64,000 nucleotides of DNA, taken from Naegleria gruberi (taxonomy: Eukaryota). The translations under genes were made by a program, and so were the position numbers. The notes beneath the pieces are model-generated. The model saw only the letters and a list, made by a program, of their open reading frames with translations. It ran no database searches and was not told where the DNA came from. Shown here one piece after another: positions 45,901-54,062 of the stretch (the first letter of the stretch is position 1; each line of letters begins with the position of its first letter). The stretch is from the NCBI GenBank assembly GCA_000004985.1, contig GG738872.1. One strand, given 5' to 3'.

Positions 45901-46033
45901 CATCCTCATAGGTTAATCTAGCAGCCTTCTCAGCAGTGAATAAGAAGGATTCCTTTCCCTTCTTTAATTTGGTGGCAGTAGTCTGAGGAAAGACTGTCTG
46001 CAAAAAGGAAAGTTGTCTTTGCAATTCGGTCAT
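39965..46033 (-). CDS. UTP10: HEATR1/UTP10 (BAP28) small-subunit processome HEAT-repeat protein, 2022 aa, single exon
   Basis: N-terminus ...LLLSPYFLLKASHKAIEYLVRRYKIHIYNVDAIMASIIPYHETTFFARFVQLL matches human HEATR1 ...LIHLSPYFLLKPAQKCLEWLIHRFHIHLYNQDSLIACVLPYHETRIFVRVIQLL. C-terminus ...ELLESEDEEVLKDTRNIVLTIEQKTGEEISHFL matches ...ELMEDECEEVEHQCQKTIQQLETVLGEPLQSYF. Confidence 0.9.
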   Translation of the reverse strand: MTELQRQLSFLQTVFPQTTATKLKKGKESFLFTAEKAARLTYEDVHVIGADGLKELIRLDQRFGPFQESLFHPSSVDRNREMETKSENEKLDKQVETFMLLLSPYFLLKASHKAIEYLVRRYKIHIYNVDAIMASIIPYHETTFFARFVQLLNITPTKWHFLEPIQSSGVVMSRSTLLQRCYTDFSVFIFICDAMKAYIERSIDNKSFINFYVVLTVEYVSGNKLQEIALKRILSYVFYGLKSFDPDLVAGSLMITTQISSSVTLSVSVVDALIEVLIPVMTKSDTDSVLMCLVFLFQSQPISKMRTSFVKSLSEIEGFVDSVNRLVALNNIDNFLNAFLNTLLEYSFEQNSVTLLEEMVTKIDFTNTVPKVIAVLLNLFISDASFSEIIKKVLLTFERRYSSETDRGLELGLRTLDEEQHGKALEFYSSVFKGSQHEIIPEISTTLYLSLQHHEKTVRILGLKHLGKIAKTTVDEQTKSFITESLLERLNDEDPTILNFVLNLPEVLIYLTPEKIVDKIAHIVKQIEDNKADESSKVLSQTIAEKFLIDKIFSAGSVEKMLTFVFRFLLLTADFKETNVKVIKSLQKLSHPLFKNLSSVTIKDAASTNTQIINAIAKNIGSQPDLALICENTAVKEGLGTKAVLLLLASAMKQATKKDAKLLIASSILRLVKKFSLKSGLAISAKDVFHPNQSANVDTGLSVINLMFYAAYSMLENLEAESLNVKQMINHFNGKSESKFEYTTLLAEFFLTISESRLFDQFTSHIKVLIEKHLKKQSLQFLSVFWASDSEFVSYKPKMRSLLIGVMMMEDDVDYQFLLPGLFIALQNNLSKDMCSAIISCIKRVPGAKLYEHDLKSHLKPLSKDTLKKIATTIESRSFDLSADSSHIQQIITELPTEVADMILKVITVSETTFEKVSLLSSLSQLPSTKVMSSLFSLFTTYLKKIESGETLSRLEILLVSKLIKLVDIDLLTSQNPQKYFEEGLLKAISIAKPATTTSAITFIPSIEVVNNITSHLLKNISEKNQKALFDTIAKVLRSSTNTKLTQVYQQILKQLPLNPEILKNYIPTTTKGMDTSDDSTDNLSELSNILELVQIMKSVPKRESLAPRLFSLLKELRVELDTNKYRVEYPITMILSVLYSISTKLDEEGEERNVLAKKVEKTFDVDLILKCLTESDSSQIRNHAILLLGELASIFPLQIIEQILAVMKAVEGSLKEKEGFAFDAIQKTVLQIVPKLVEQNMDIKFIVNVFVNSMKYIPKEKRLSFFSSLVKGTSRKNIYGFVLLMLTQCVKNGDQEDSAMITAFCHELVEYFQVSKQLVALVKLVNIGLSISKDDDPKNSFYTPSEYSDEERLALLVFILEFISEHLSSMEFLRMLILEEEKDKESSQSYLLTVAENLNQIRDNIKEPTVVDLVDEVYAKSQQLLSSQSFVAMIKALLDSSSVTMRERALFILNTRLTDEASRMVSKLIEDEDVFITLLKRLKAILSDAKSSNFLVQGSIISVELMARRFAKNKPKRFVAITPAVIAHLQHKSAAIISSAALCLSTLCFELGSDSLEFLPQICPTFTEHISAVIAKEEDILEDEDEKDDADSKQLLVFGILSALELISRVHLKFMSPYLKSIMNILLSTRIIHSTSKKIAQKASDILFFLATNAETRHILEPVFASLEASVAFGHESVVKLMTVVYEIVNVMDAKSVESFHLNIIDFFLEALDLRRKGKFEGKALETVEKAICSSFEAFVLKLNEDLLKPSIKKMLDWAREPVSAKEDSASNYLDYGDHKFAPPDAARLIAFYKIVISMNIKLGFLFIPYFGYLWQNIIRDIKAVCGEEDEESDEEEETKENSKKRKLKELTTKKQPKLCIISSSEERNQLAYLILNALTLCFLNDRESFVSSNDRFEQLVEPLAKILGVEEVCEHNYELITKTFGSLASVVTQQQWKPLQYQVLQKTKNESTICKRTAIGCIASFYEYVGKEFIIMLPEMMPYVAELLESEDEEVLKDTRNIVLTIEQKTGEEISHFLSE

Positions 46034-46233
46034 TTTTTATCTTCAAATTTTTTTAATTTCAGCAGAATTTTTGAATCATCTTTTTGAAAGGTTTTTCATG
46101 ATGATAAATAAACGGTGAGGAATAATTTTTCCATTAACATGAAGATATAATTGTTGTAATTCAGTGGGTGCCTTTTTGAAAATCCATAGATCTGTTTTGC
46201 AATACACAACAAGGTAATTAAATAATTAAAAAA

Positions 46234-47814
46234 ATGAAAAGACTCGGAACTATGAAATGGCTCAAGCCTTCCTCTTCTCCATCATGGATCAAGAGTAGAA
46301 ACGCTCAAACTCCTTTGAAAAACGTATCGGATTGTTGGAGAAATTATTCTTCATTGATTGAAAAGATGAGGTAAATTTTCATCATCATCAAAATTTAATA
46401 TAAAATTGTGTAGTGTTAAACAAGCTCGTTTGGAACAAAATATTGATAAGAAAGTACTTGTAGAAGGATGGGTTCGTACATCAAGAATTCAAAAGGATGT
46501 TTGCTTTGTGGAAGTCAATGACGGATCTTGCAATCCAAATTTACAAATTGTTTTTGATAAGAATTCAATGTAAGTGGAATAACACACAAATGATTTACAC
46601 AATCAAGTCCTGCTGAAGAACTTTCTAAAATTCAAAATGGTGCCAGTGTTAGAATTACTGGTCAATTAATTAAATCACCTGGTAAGGGACAAACTACTGA
46701 ACTCGCCAACCCAACTGAAGTTACAGTTCTTGGTGCTTGTCCTCAAGATGTTTATCCATTACAAAAGAAGGGTCACTCTGTGGAATTTTTGAGAGAAATC
46801 TCACATTTGAGAAGTAGAACCAATACTGGTGCTGCTGTTCTCAGAGTTAGAAATGCTGCCATGATGGCCATTCATGAATATTTCCAAAACCTTGATTTTA
46901 TACAAATTCATACCCCAATTTTGACCAGTAGTGACTGTGAAGGAGCTGGTGAGCAATTCAAAGTAATTTCCGAACAACACAAAGATTTCTTTGGAGAAAA
47001 TGTCAATGCTTATTTGACGGTCAGTGGTCAATTAGAAGCTGAAATTTTTGCCTCCTCAATGTCAAAGGTTTATACTTTCGGACCAACATTCAGAGCTGAA
47101 GATTCTAGAACATCTAGACATCTTGCTGAATTCTGGATGGTTGAGATGGAACAAGCATTTATTGGTTTACCTCAAATTGTAGAACACTCTGAAAATATGG
47201 TTAGACATGCTGTTTCAAGAGTTTTGGAAAGATGCGAAGAGGATATTCACTTCTTCAATAAGTGGTACAAGAATACGCTCATGGAAGATTTGACTAAGGT
47301 TGCTGATAAGCGAACAAAGTTTGTTTCTCTCACATATACAGATGCTGTTGAATTATTACAAAAGGATGCTATCCAAAAGAATGGAATTAAATTTGAATAT
47401 CCAGTTGAGTGGGGTGTTAATTTACATAGTGAACATGAAGTTTATTTGTGCAAATACTTTAATAGTCCAGTATTTGTAACAAATTATCCAAAAGAAATCA
47501 AGCCATTCTATGCTAGAGTTGATGATAATGGAAAGACCATGTCTGCCGTTGATTTGCTCGTTCCTGATTTGGGTGAATTGATTGGCGGCTCAGTAAGAGA
47601 AGAAAGATACGATATTTTAATACAAAACATGAAGGACAAGGGAATGAAGGATACTAAAGATTATGAATGGTATTTAGATTTGAGAAAGTATGGTACTGTT
47701 CCTCATGGTGGATTTGGTCTTGGCTTTGAAAGATTAATTCTCTTCTTGACAGGTATTCCAAATATTAGAGAAACCATTCCAATTTATCGTGCTCCTGGTT
47801 TTTGTAAATTTTAA
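46234..47814 (+). CDS. Asparaginyl-tRNA synthetase (class IIb), probably organellar/mitochondrial type. 3 exons (46234..46370, 46414..46569, 46608..47814), ~499 aa.
   Basis: N-terminal presequence-like MKRLGTMKWLKPSSSPSWIKSRN. Motif 2 TFGPTFRAEDSRTSRHLAEFWMVEMEQAF is AsnRS-specific FRAE.S.T.RHL.EF. Motif 3 ...YGTVPHGGFGLGFERLILFLTGIPNIRETIPIYRAPG. Introns of 43 bp (AG|GTAAATTTTC...tgtgtag) and 38 bp (AT|GTAAGTGGAA...aatcaag). Confidence 0.9.
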
Positions 47815-47941
47815 ATTATTTCATTATCTTCTTCTTTTTGAATTTAATATTAAATCTTATTTTTTAAATTAATTTTTAATTCATTTTACAGAGAATTATC
47901 AAATCATCCATCAAATTCTAGCATCACACAACAATAAAAAA

Positions 47942-50900
47942 ATGAGCGTCAAATCACCCAAGCTTACACCAGAGCAAATCAAGGGCTTGGATCCAACAGC
48001 ACCACCTATTGTTGATGTACTGAACAATGGTCAGGCATTCTTCTCTTCAATGAAGGTACACTATTGCGATGTACATCCGGTAAAATCGTGGGTTGTTTTT
48101 GCTGATAAGAGAGGATCTGTTTATTTATTTGATTATATTCAAAATGACTTGTTACATACCTTCTCATTAAATTCAATGTTTGAAAGTAAGAAGGAAGAAA
48201 CAAATTTGTATAAAACACTTGATAAGAATTTTAAGAATGTTCAACTTCCGTACTGGTATGATGAAGAATTATTATCATCAAAGAATGAAAAGTTTGGAGA
48301 TTTAAAATCTGTTAAATTCTATGATGAACATGTTCAATATTGGAAACTTAGGCAATTAAATAACATGAGTGGATCGGATCAAATTCAAAATGTTCAATCT
48401 CCAGTCATGAGAGTTGGAGGTGTTGATAATGATGATGAATCAAGATCGAGAATGGTAGGAGTGAATGGTGCTGTTGGTTTTGCAAATGCTGACAGACCAC
48501 CAAAATGTATTGTATTACATACTGAGAGTAGAATTATCATGTTGAGATATGATGAAGTTAGTTCCCTTCTCTTCTTTTTCGATGATGTTAAATCAAGTCA
48601 ATTGGATGGAAAGTCTATTGTTTGTTTCGATTTCCTTTACAAACAACCAATTGTAGCACTTGGATGTAGTGATGGATCTATTAGATTCTGGGACTTCCAA
48701 CAACGTAAAGTTCTCAATAAGATTATCCCTAATGTTCACTCAAAAGGTATTTCACAATTATTAACAGTTCCGAGGGATGATCCTCTGAGTAGATATCCAG
48801 GAATTGTCACCACATCATCTGATGGTAGTTTAGCATTATGGAATTTGGATACTGAAAAAGCTGAATATACAGAAGCTAAATGCCAAGGTGGAGGTATTTC
48901 AAGCATGTTCATAGATACAAATTCTGGATACTTGATCACAGCAGGTATTGATAAAAGTATTGCAGTGAGAAGTCTCAACTCAGGAAGAATAATCAAACAA
49001 ACTAAAACAAAGGTACCAATGAAAAGTTTATCTATGGTGACAACTTGCAATTGTTCACCATCCTGGCTACTAATGCTTGAAAATAAGAAACAAAAGAGAC
49101 AAATCTTTAGAATGCCATCCCATTTAAACTTTGAACCAGCATTTGTTGACAATAATATTATTGATGTTACCAGTTATGCTCCTCCAAATAACAAAGATCC
49201 AAAGTTTTATACTATCCACCAACATCCACTTCAACAAGATTTAATATTTATTGGTACAAGCTTTGGTTTAATGTTAGCCAAGATGACTTACAATAGAAAA
49301 CCAGCAATTTGTTCTGGATTTTTAAGAGCTGATGCTCTCTTAGGTCAATCAAGTGAACCTGAAATGCCTTCATTTGATACACCAATCGATCCAAAGGTTT
49401 CACAAGGTAGTAACGATCAAGAAAAGAAAAAATATTGTATATATGTAAGAGAGAAGAACGTTTATCAAAGATTTGTAGAAACCAATTCAGAAGGAAAGAA
49501 AGAATTTTCATCAGAAAAAGTTGTCTATAATATGGGTAAACTTTCTAATGTGAAACTGGACGTAAGCTATAGTGGTAGATATGTTTCTATTTTATGGGAA
49601 AGCGAGAGAGAATATTTTGTGTTTGATATTTCTAAAGATACATGGAGAAATATTGCCTCTGAAAGAGAATGCTCAAATATTGTGTGGAGTTCTTCTAGTG
49701 ATACCTTTGCCATTCTCAAGGGCAATTTTACTTCCAAAAAGGTGTCTGTTAAAAAGATTGAAAATTCAAGTGTAAAGTTAGTATGTGAAAATGTATCTAT
49801 CAATGGAGGAAGTATCGATGATATTTATGGAGGAGTTTTACTTGGTGTAAAGTACTCTAATTTTACTGATGAAAGTGGATTCCAACTTTATAATTGGAGT
49901 GGTGTTGATGCATTTGGTTCCTCAACGGAACCATACCTTCCAAAACCTCAATTCGTTGTTTGGGATAATTTGAGTGGAAAGTGTTTGATGGCCTATCAGG
50001 ATTCATATGCTATCTTTAATTCAAAACCATCATTCAAAATGGAGTACTATGTAGAAGAAAAGATTCAATCAGCTTTCTGGTGGAATTCAACCCTCCTCAT
50101 CTCTACCGAGACTGAAATCAAATGTGTTTTCGTTACAACTGGAAAAATATTCTCAACTGTACTGGCCAGTACTGATGTTGCATTCTATTCACAAATATCT
50201 CAAAAGACACCATTGGATGAACAAAGTAGTTTAGACCCTATTCCATTACCTAAACCTAAAGGTGACATTTCTTTCATGGATGTTGTTGGTGATAATTTGT
50301 ATGTCATTGATGGTTTGTCACAAATCCATACTATCAATAATATTTCAATTACTCCAAGTATCAAGTTTAGAATGCTTGTTGCTGCAGGGCTAACTAAGAA
50401 AGCCATGGAATGGATCCCTTTCATTGCTCAAGAAATTCATGATTACTTGGCTGACTTTTTGTGCGCCTTTGGATACACCAGAGAAGCATGTTCTATTGAT
50501 TCCCTTTCCTCATATAAGAGATTACAATTATGTTTCGAACATGAACACATCAAGTATGGTATTGATGCTCTAACTTATTTGGATGAAAATAGATATTTCT
50601 ACAAACAAGATAATTCTCGATCTTCAAACAAGAAAGAAGAGGATAATTTAGAATTGAGTCGTTTGTTTGTACGTTTGGGATCTGTTGGAGAAAAGAAGTT
50701 GAACAAAATTGCTTCTCATAAGGTAGCTGTATCCCCTCGTTCTAACAATCATTTCATTACTCAATCAGAGAATACTAATGGAATTGAAGGAGAGTTATCT
50801 ACAGAAGAGATTTTACAAATTATTGAACAAAGCTACAGAAGAGCAGCTGAACTCGAGCCAAGTACCTATTCTCACCTCATTATATTTTGTGCTAAACACT

Positions 50901-51157
50901 TCCCAGAAAAGTTGCAAGATATTAGATCAGACATTTATACTAAAATGGAAACCTCTTGTGAAGACGATCATGTAATGTTCAACCAATCATTGACTATGCT
51001 TGCTCTCGTTTCTAAGGACTTTGCTCTTGCTTCAACACTTTTCCAACAAGCCAACAAATGGAGTCAAGCTGCTACATTGGATAACTCTAAAGTTGATTCT
51101 TGGAATGGTTTCCTCAACTCTAAACCAAACTCTTTACCTGTAAACATTGGAAATTAA
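47942..51157 (+). CDS. Large (1071 aa) WD40/beta-propeller protein with an alpha-solenoid-like C-terminal half; family unassigned (WDR11-like is one possibility)
   Basis: Single ORF. The N-terminal ~450 aa show WD-repeat-like periodicity (...VKSWVVFADKRGSVYLFD...; ...ALGCSDGSIRFWDF...; ...TTSSDGSLALWNL...; ...ITAGIDKSIAVRSL...). The C-terminal half is helical. Confidence 0.55.
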   Translation: MSVKSPKLTPEQIKGLDPTAPPIVDVLNNGQAFFSSMKVHYCDVHPVKSWVVFADKRGSVYLFDYIQNDLLHTFSLNSMFESKKEETNLYKTLDKNFKNVQLPYWYDEELLSSKNEKFGDLKSVKFYDEHVQYWKLRQLNNMSGSDQIQNVQSPVMRVGGVDNDDESRSRMVGVNGAVGFANADRPPKCIVLHTESRIIMLRYDEVSSLLFFFDDVKSSQLDGKSIVCFDFLYKQPIVALGCSDGSIRFWDFQQRKVLNKIIPNVHSKGISQLLTVPRDDPLSRYPGIVTTSSDGSLALWNLDTEKAEYTEAKCQGGGISSMFIDTNSGYLITAGIDKSIAVRSLNSGRIIKQTKTKVPMKSLSMVTTCNCSPSWLLMLENKKQKRQIFRMPSHLNFEPAFVDNNIIDVTSYAPPNNKDPKFYTIHQHPLQQDLIFIGTSFGLMLAKMTYNRKPAICSGFLRADALLGQSSEPEMPSFDTPIDPKVSQGSNDQEKKKYCIYVREKNVYQRFVETNSEGKKEFSSEKVVYNMGKLSNVKLDVSYSGRYVSILWESEREYFVFDISKDTWRNIASERECSNIVWSSSSDTFAILKGNFTSKKVSVKKIENSSVKLVCENVSINGGSIDDIYGGVLLGVKYSNFTDESGFQLYNWSGVDAFGSSTEPYLPKPQFVVWDNLSGKCLMAYQDSYAIFNSKPSFKMEYYVEEKIQSAFWWNSTLLISTETEIKCVFVTTGKIFSTVLASTDVAFYSQISQKTPLDEQSSLDPIPLPKPKGDISFMDVVGDNLYVIDGLSQIHTINNISITPSIKFRMLVAAGLTKKAMEWIPFIAQEIHDYLADFLCAFGYTREACSIDSLSSYKRLQLCFEHEHIKYGIDALTYLDENRYFYKQDNSRSSNKKEEDNLELSRLFVRLGSVGEKKLNKIASHKVAVSPRSNNHFITQSENTNGIEGELSTEEILQIIEQSYRRAAELEPSTYSHLIIFCAKHFPEKLQDIRSDIYTKMETSCEDDHVMFNQSLTMLALVSKDFALASTLFQQANKWSQAATLDNSKVDSWNGFLNSKPNSLPVNIGN

Positions 51158-51407
51158 AAGCAGTGCTAATTTATTAACAAAATAAAGTGTATAAAAGACC
51201 TCATTCTTATTGGTATGCTTTTATTAATCAATCAACATATTCCTTAATATTGAAGACAGATCCAATTTTCTTTATTTGATCTTGGAGGTGGATAACCTTA
51301 TCGATTCAAACTTAAAATGGGCAAAATACGGTCTTATCCTGGCAATATACTAGGTGCCCCTTAACACCTCGATGCAAAAACAAAAGAGGAAATCAATGAA
51401 TGAAAAT

Positions 51408-53321
51408 TTAATTGAATGACACATTTGGTAATTTCAAATCCTTTCCTTCTACGCTATGGTTTTGATTAGTTGTGTAAATGAAGAAGGCACGAGTTTGCAA
51501 GTGTTCTTCATTTGGAATGACAAAGTAAGGATTTGGAGTCATCTTGTCACCATATTTTTGAATTAGCTCTGGAGCTTTCAAAATTTCACACAATGCCAAA
51601 CATCCAATTTGATTGGATTTGAAGGTGATGGAATTGTTCCAACCTGATTGATATCTCATATAACCAAAGGAAACATTTGCATTTCCTGCCAAATATACTC
51701 CTGCTCCATAAGCTGCTCCATTAACCATCCCACCTGTATTTGACAAGTTCAACAATCCTTTTCTCATGATTGAGTGCCAGTTACCCAAGGCAGAGCCATG
51801 GAATGCAAGAATTGACCCATATTTCTTCTTCAATTCTTGGAATCTTCTTTCCTTGTCAGGAGTACTGCTCAACAAGATGTATTGATGGTCTGTTTTCATT
51901 TCAGAAAGTTGTTCCTTGCCTACAAGTTTCTTCATGTGAACACGAGCAGAAGCCAAAATCCAACGCAAAAGTGGGTAAACCAATGGATGCTTTTCATCAC
52001 ATCTTTCTTTAAGTTTACCTTCGTCAACCCATTCTTCTAAAATTTTAAGGTTTGGTACCTTGTCAAGAACTTCTCTAACCTTTGCATTGTCATCTTTACC
52101 ATCATTTGTCAAAAAGTTATATGTCTTCACTTGTCCAGAGGTCTTATCTCTGAGTTTGATTTCCAAATTGCTTGGGAATGGTTGGAATGGATTGAATCCT
52201 CTATTCACATATGATACAGAAGCAGCATAACACACGCTAACGAATAAATCTACAACATCTGGATTCTTCTTAATAGCTGATTCCAGATCGATACCCAAAC
52301 CATATTGTTCATGAGAAAATATACAAAGAGGACTTTCACAACACATTGGTTTGATACCTTCAAGTGGTAACTTATTTCCACAAATCAAACATTTTGAAGG
52401 ACTTGTTTTGATTATAGATTCAGTATACTCTAACAAGTATTCCATATAATTCTTTCCAGTCTTTGGTTGAAGAGTGTTTCTGTATTGTTCAATTGGCCAA
52501 TAAATTGCAAAGAAATCTCTTTCAAGTCTTTGTTGAACTGTCCAATAAAGACCAAATTTAACCTTTCCATTATCGATCAAAGAATATGCGTCCCTAATTG
52601 AAACATCACCACATTGGAATGCTTCAACAACTGGTTTAGTTGCAGATTCAGTGTAATAATTTGAAAAAGTAATAGTAATACAAATCCACTTTTCCAAATC
52701 AAGTTGCCAAGCTTCAGCAAGAAGTGGAGTAATATTCAAACGATTTGGATTTGTAAATAAATATACTTTGATTTGATCCATTCCTGATGCACCTCTACAA
52801 CCGAGCCATCCTTTTGTTTTTCTAACAACGGTCAAATCATGTTCAATAGACTCAAATCTCTTACGTTTTTCATCATCTTCCATTGATGAGTCATCAATAA
52901 ATACTGCCTCTTCATCGGCCATATCATCATCTCCACCAAATATATGATCACCATGACCATGTGATGTTCCTGGTGTAGGAGTAGGAATCTCTTCCAAAAA
53001 CTTTTCTCTCTGCACTTTCATCATGTGGAATACTTGAGAGAGAACCTCTTGAATATTTTCTCCAGGAATATCATGACTCTCCTCTGCAACTATACAAATA
53101 TGTTCACCTGTTGGATATGATTTTGGAATTGTGATGGAAACCTTTGTTTCATAACTTTCAGAATAGTCGAGATCAGCCTGGCAAGTAACAATCCACTCAT
53201 CATCAGATTTAAAATTAAATCTTCTCACCCACGGATCATCTAGATTGAAATAATCATCTTGGAAAGCTTCCTTCCACTCATTAATTTCTCTCTGAATCTT
53301 GTTTGCCAATTCGGATGACAT
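51408..53321 (-). CDS. PARP6/PARP8-like mono-ADP-ribosyltransferase: N-terminal UBC/RWD-like fold, Cys-rich region, C-terminal PARP catalytic (H-Y-[I/hydrophobic]) domain; 637 aa, single exon
   Basis: Catalytic region ILAFHGSALGNWHSIMRKGLLNLSNTGGMVNGAAYGAGVYLAGNANVSFGY closely parallels human PARP6 FAFHGSHIENWHSILRNGLVNASYTKLQLHGAAYGKGIYLSPISSISFGY. Cys-rich segment CLICGNKLPLEGIKPMCCESPLCIFSHEQYGLG. N-terminus ELANKIQREINEWKEAFQDDYF...WIVTC...SITIPKSYP is UEV/RWD-like. Confidence 0.75.
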   Translation of the reverse strand: MSSELANKIQREINEWKEAFQDDYFNLDDPWVRRFNFKSDDEWIVTCQADLDYSESYETKVSITIPKSYPTGEHICIVAEESHDIPGENIQEVLSQVFHMMKVQREKFLEEIPTPTPGTSHGHGDHIFGGDDDMADEEAVFIDDSSMEDDEKRKRFESIEHDLTVVRKTKGWLGCRGASGMDQIKVYLFTNPNRLNITPLLAEAWQLDLEKWICITITFSNYYTESATKPVVEAFQCGDVSIRDAYSLIDNGKVKFGLYWTVQQRLERDFFAIYWPIEQYRNTLQPKTGKNYMEYLLEYTESIIKTSPSKCLICGNKLPLEGIKPMCCESPLCIFSHEQYGLGIDLESAIKKNPDVVDLFVSVCYAASVSYVNRGFNPFQPFPSNLEIKLRDKTSGQVKTYNFLTNDGKDDNAKVREVLDKVPNLKILEEWVDEGKLKERCDEKHPLVYPLLRWILASARVHMKKLVGKEQLSEMKTDHQYILLSSTPDKERRFQELKKKYGSILAFHGSALGNWHSIMRKGLLNLSNTGGMVNGAAYGAGVYLAGNANVSFGYMRYQSGWNNSITFKSNQIGCLALCEILKAPELIQKYGDKMTPNPYFVIPNEEHLQTRAFFIYTTNQNHSVEGKDLKLPNVSFN

Positions 53322-53568
53322 GATGATGAAGGGTAATGAATTTGTTTTTTTTGATTTTGAAAAATCAGTGATATTAATAGCACTAACTGAGAAGAACTCC
53401 AGGTTACCAGTTTGTTATTATCGCTCTGTAGTTCAATTAATTTATTGTAACAGGTTAGTATCTTCATTGTTCCACCAATAGGATCAGGACGTGCTAATGT
53501 GGAATTAACACATATTTAAAATAATATTAATAATATATTAGTTTGATTTGATTCAACGAAGAGAAAAA

Positions 53569-54057
53569 ATGTTCAAATCATCATCGTTGAAATGTTGTGT
53601 TTTATCCTCATCACACTTTGCAAAAAGACAACAACTTTTTAAAATAATTCAAAATCGAGTAGTATCACACGAAAACTTTTCTACGTCATGTCTGAATAGA
53701 AATGAAAAGGATGAACAACCACCATCATCATACTCGGAACAAATAACAAAATTAGTATTGGAAAAGTATCAAGAAATGATTAAAAGTGGAGATCCAAGAG
53801 CATTTGACCAAATAAAAGAAGAATTAGATAAGGAGGAAAACGAACAAAGTATTCAAACAATAATTAGAAATGTTAGAATGGGATTAATTTCAGAACCATC
53901 GGAGGAAATTAAACAAAAACAAGAGGAAAAATTGGATGAGAGACGTAAAAAACAATTTGAATTGAGAAAACAACAAGAAATTGAAAGGAGAAAGAATGCA
54001 GGAAAGGAAGAGCCAAAGAGAGGAGGAATTGAATATCGAGTTGTAGAAAGAAGTTAA
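53569..54057 (+). CDS. Hypothetical small (~162 aa) charged protein with a basic, presequence-like N-terminus (possibly mitochondrial)
   Basis: ATG at 53569 (MFKSSSLKCCVLSSSHFAKRQQLFKII...); the track start 53548 is an alternative codon. KE-rich C-terminal half. The stop lies 6 nt from the stop of the convergent HEI10-like gene. Confidence 0.4.
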   Translation: MFKSSSLKCCVLSSSHFAKRQQLFKIIQNRVVSHENFSTSCLNRNEKDEQPPSSYSEQITKLVLEKYQEMIKSGDPRAFDQIKEELDKEENEQSIQTIIRNVRMGLISEPSEEIKQKQEEKLDERRKKQFELRKQQEIERRKNAGKEEPKRGGIEYRVVERS

Positions 54058-54062
54058 TAAAT

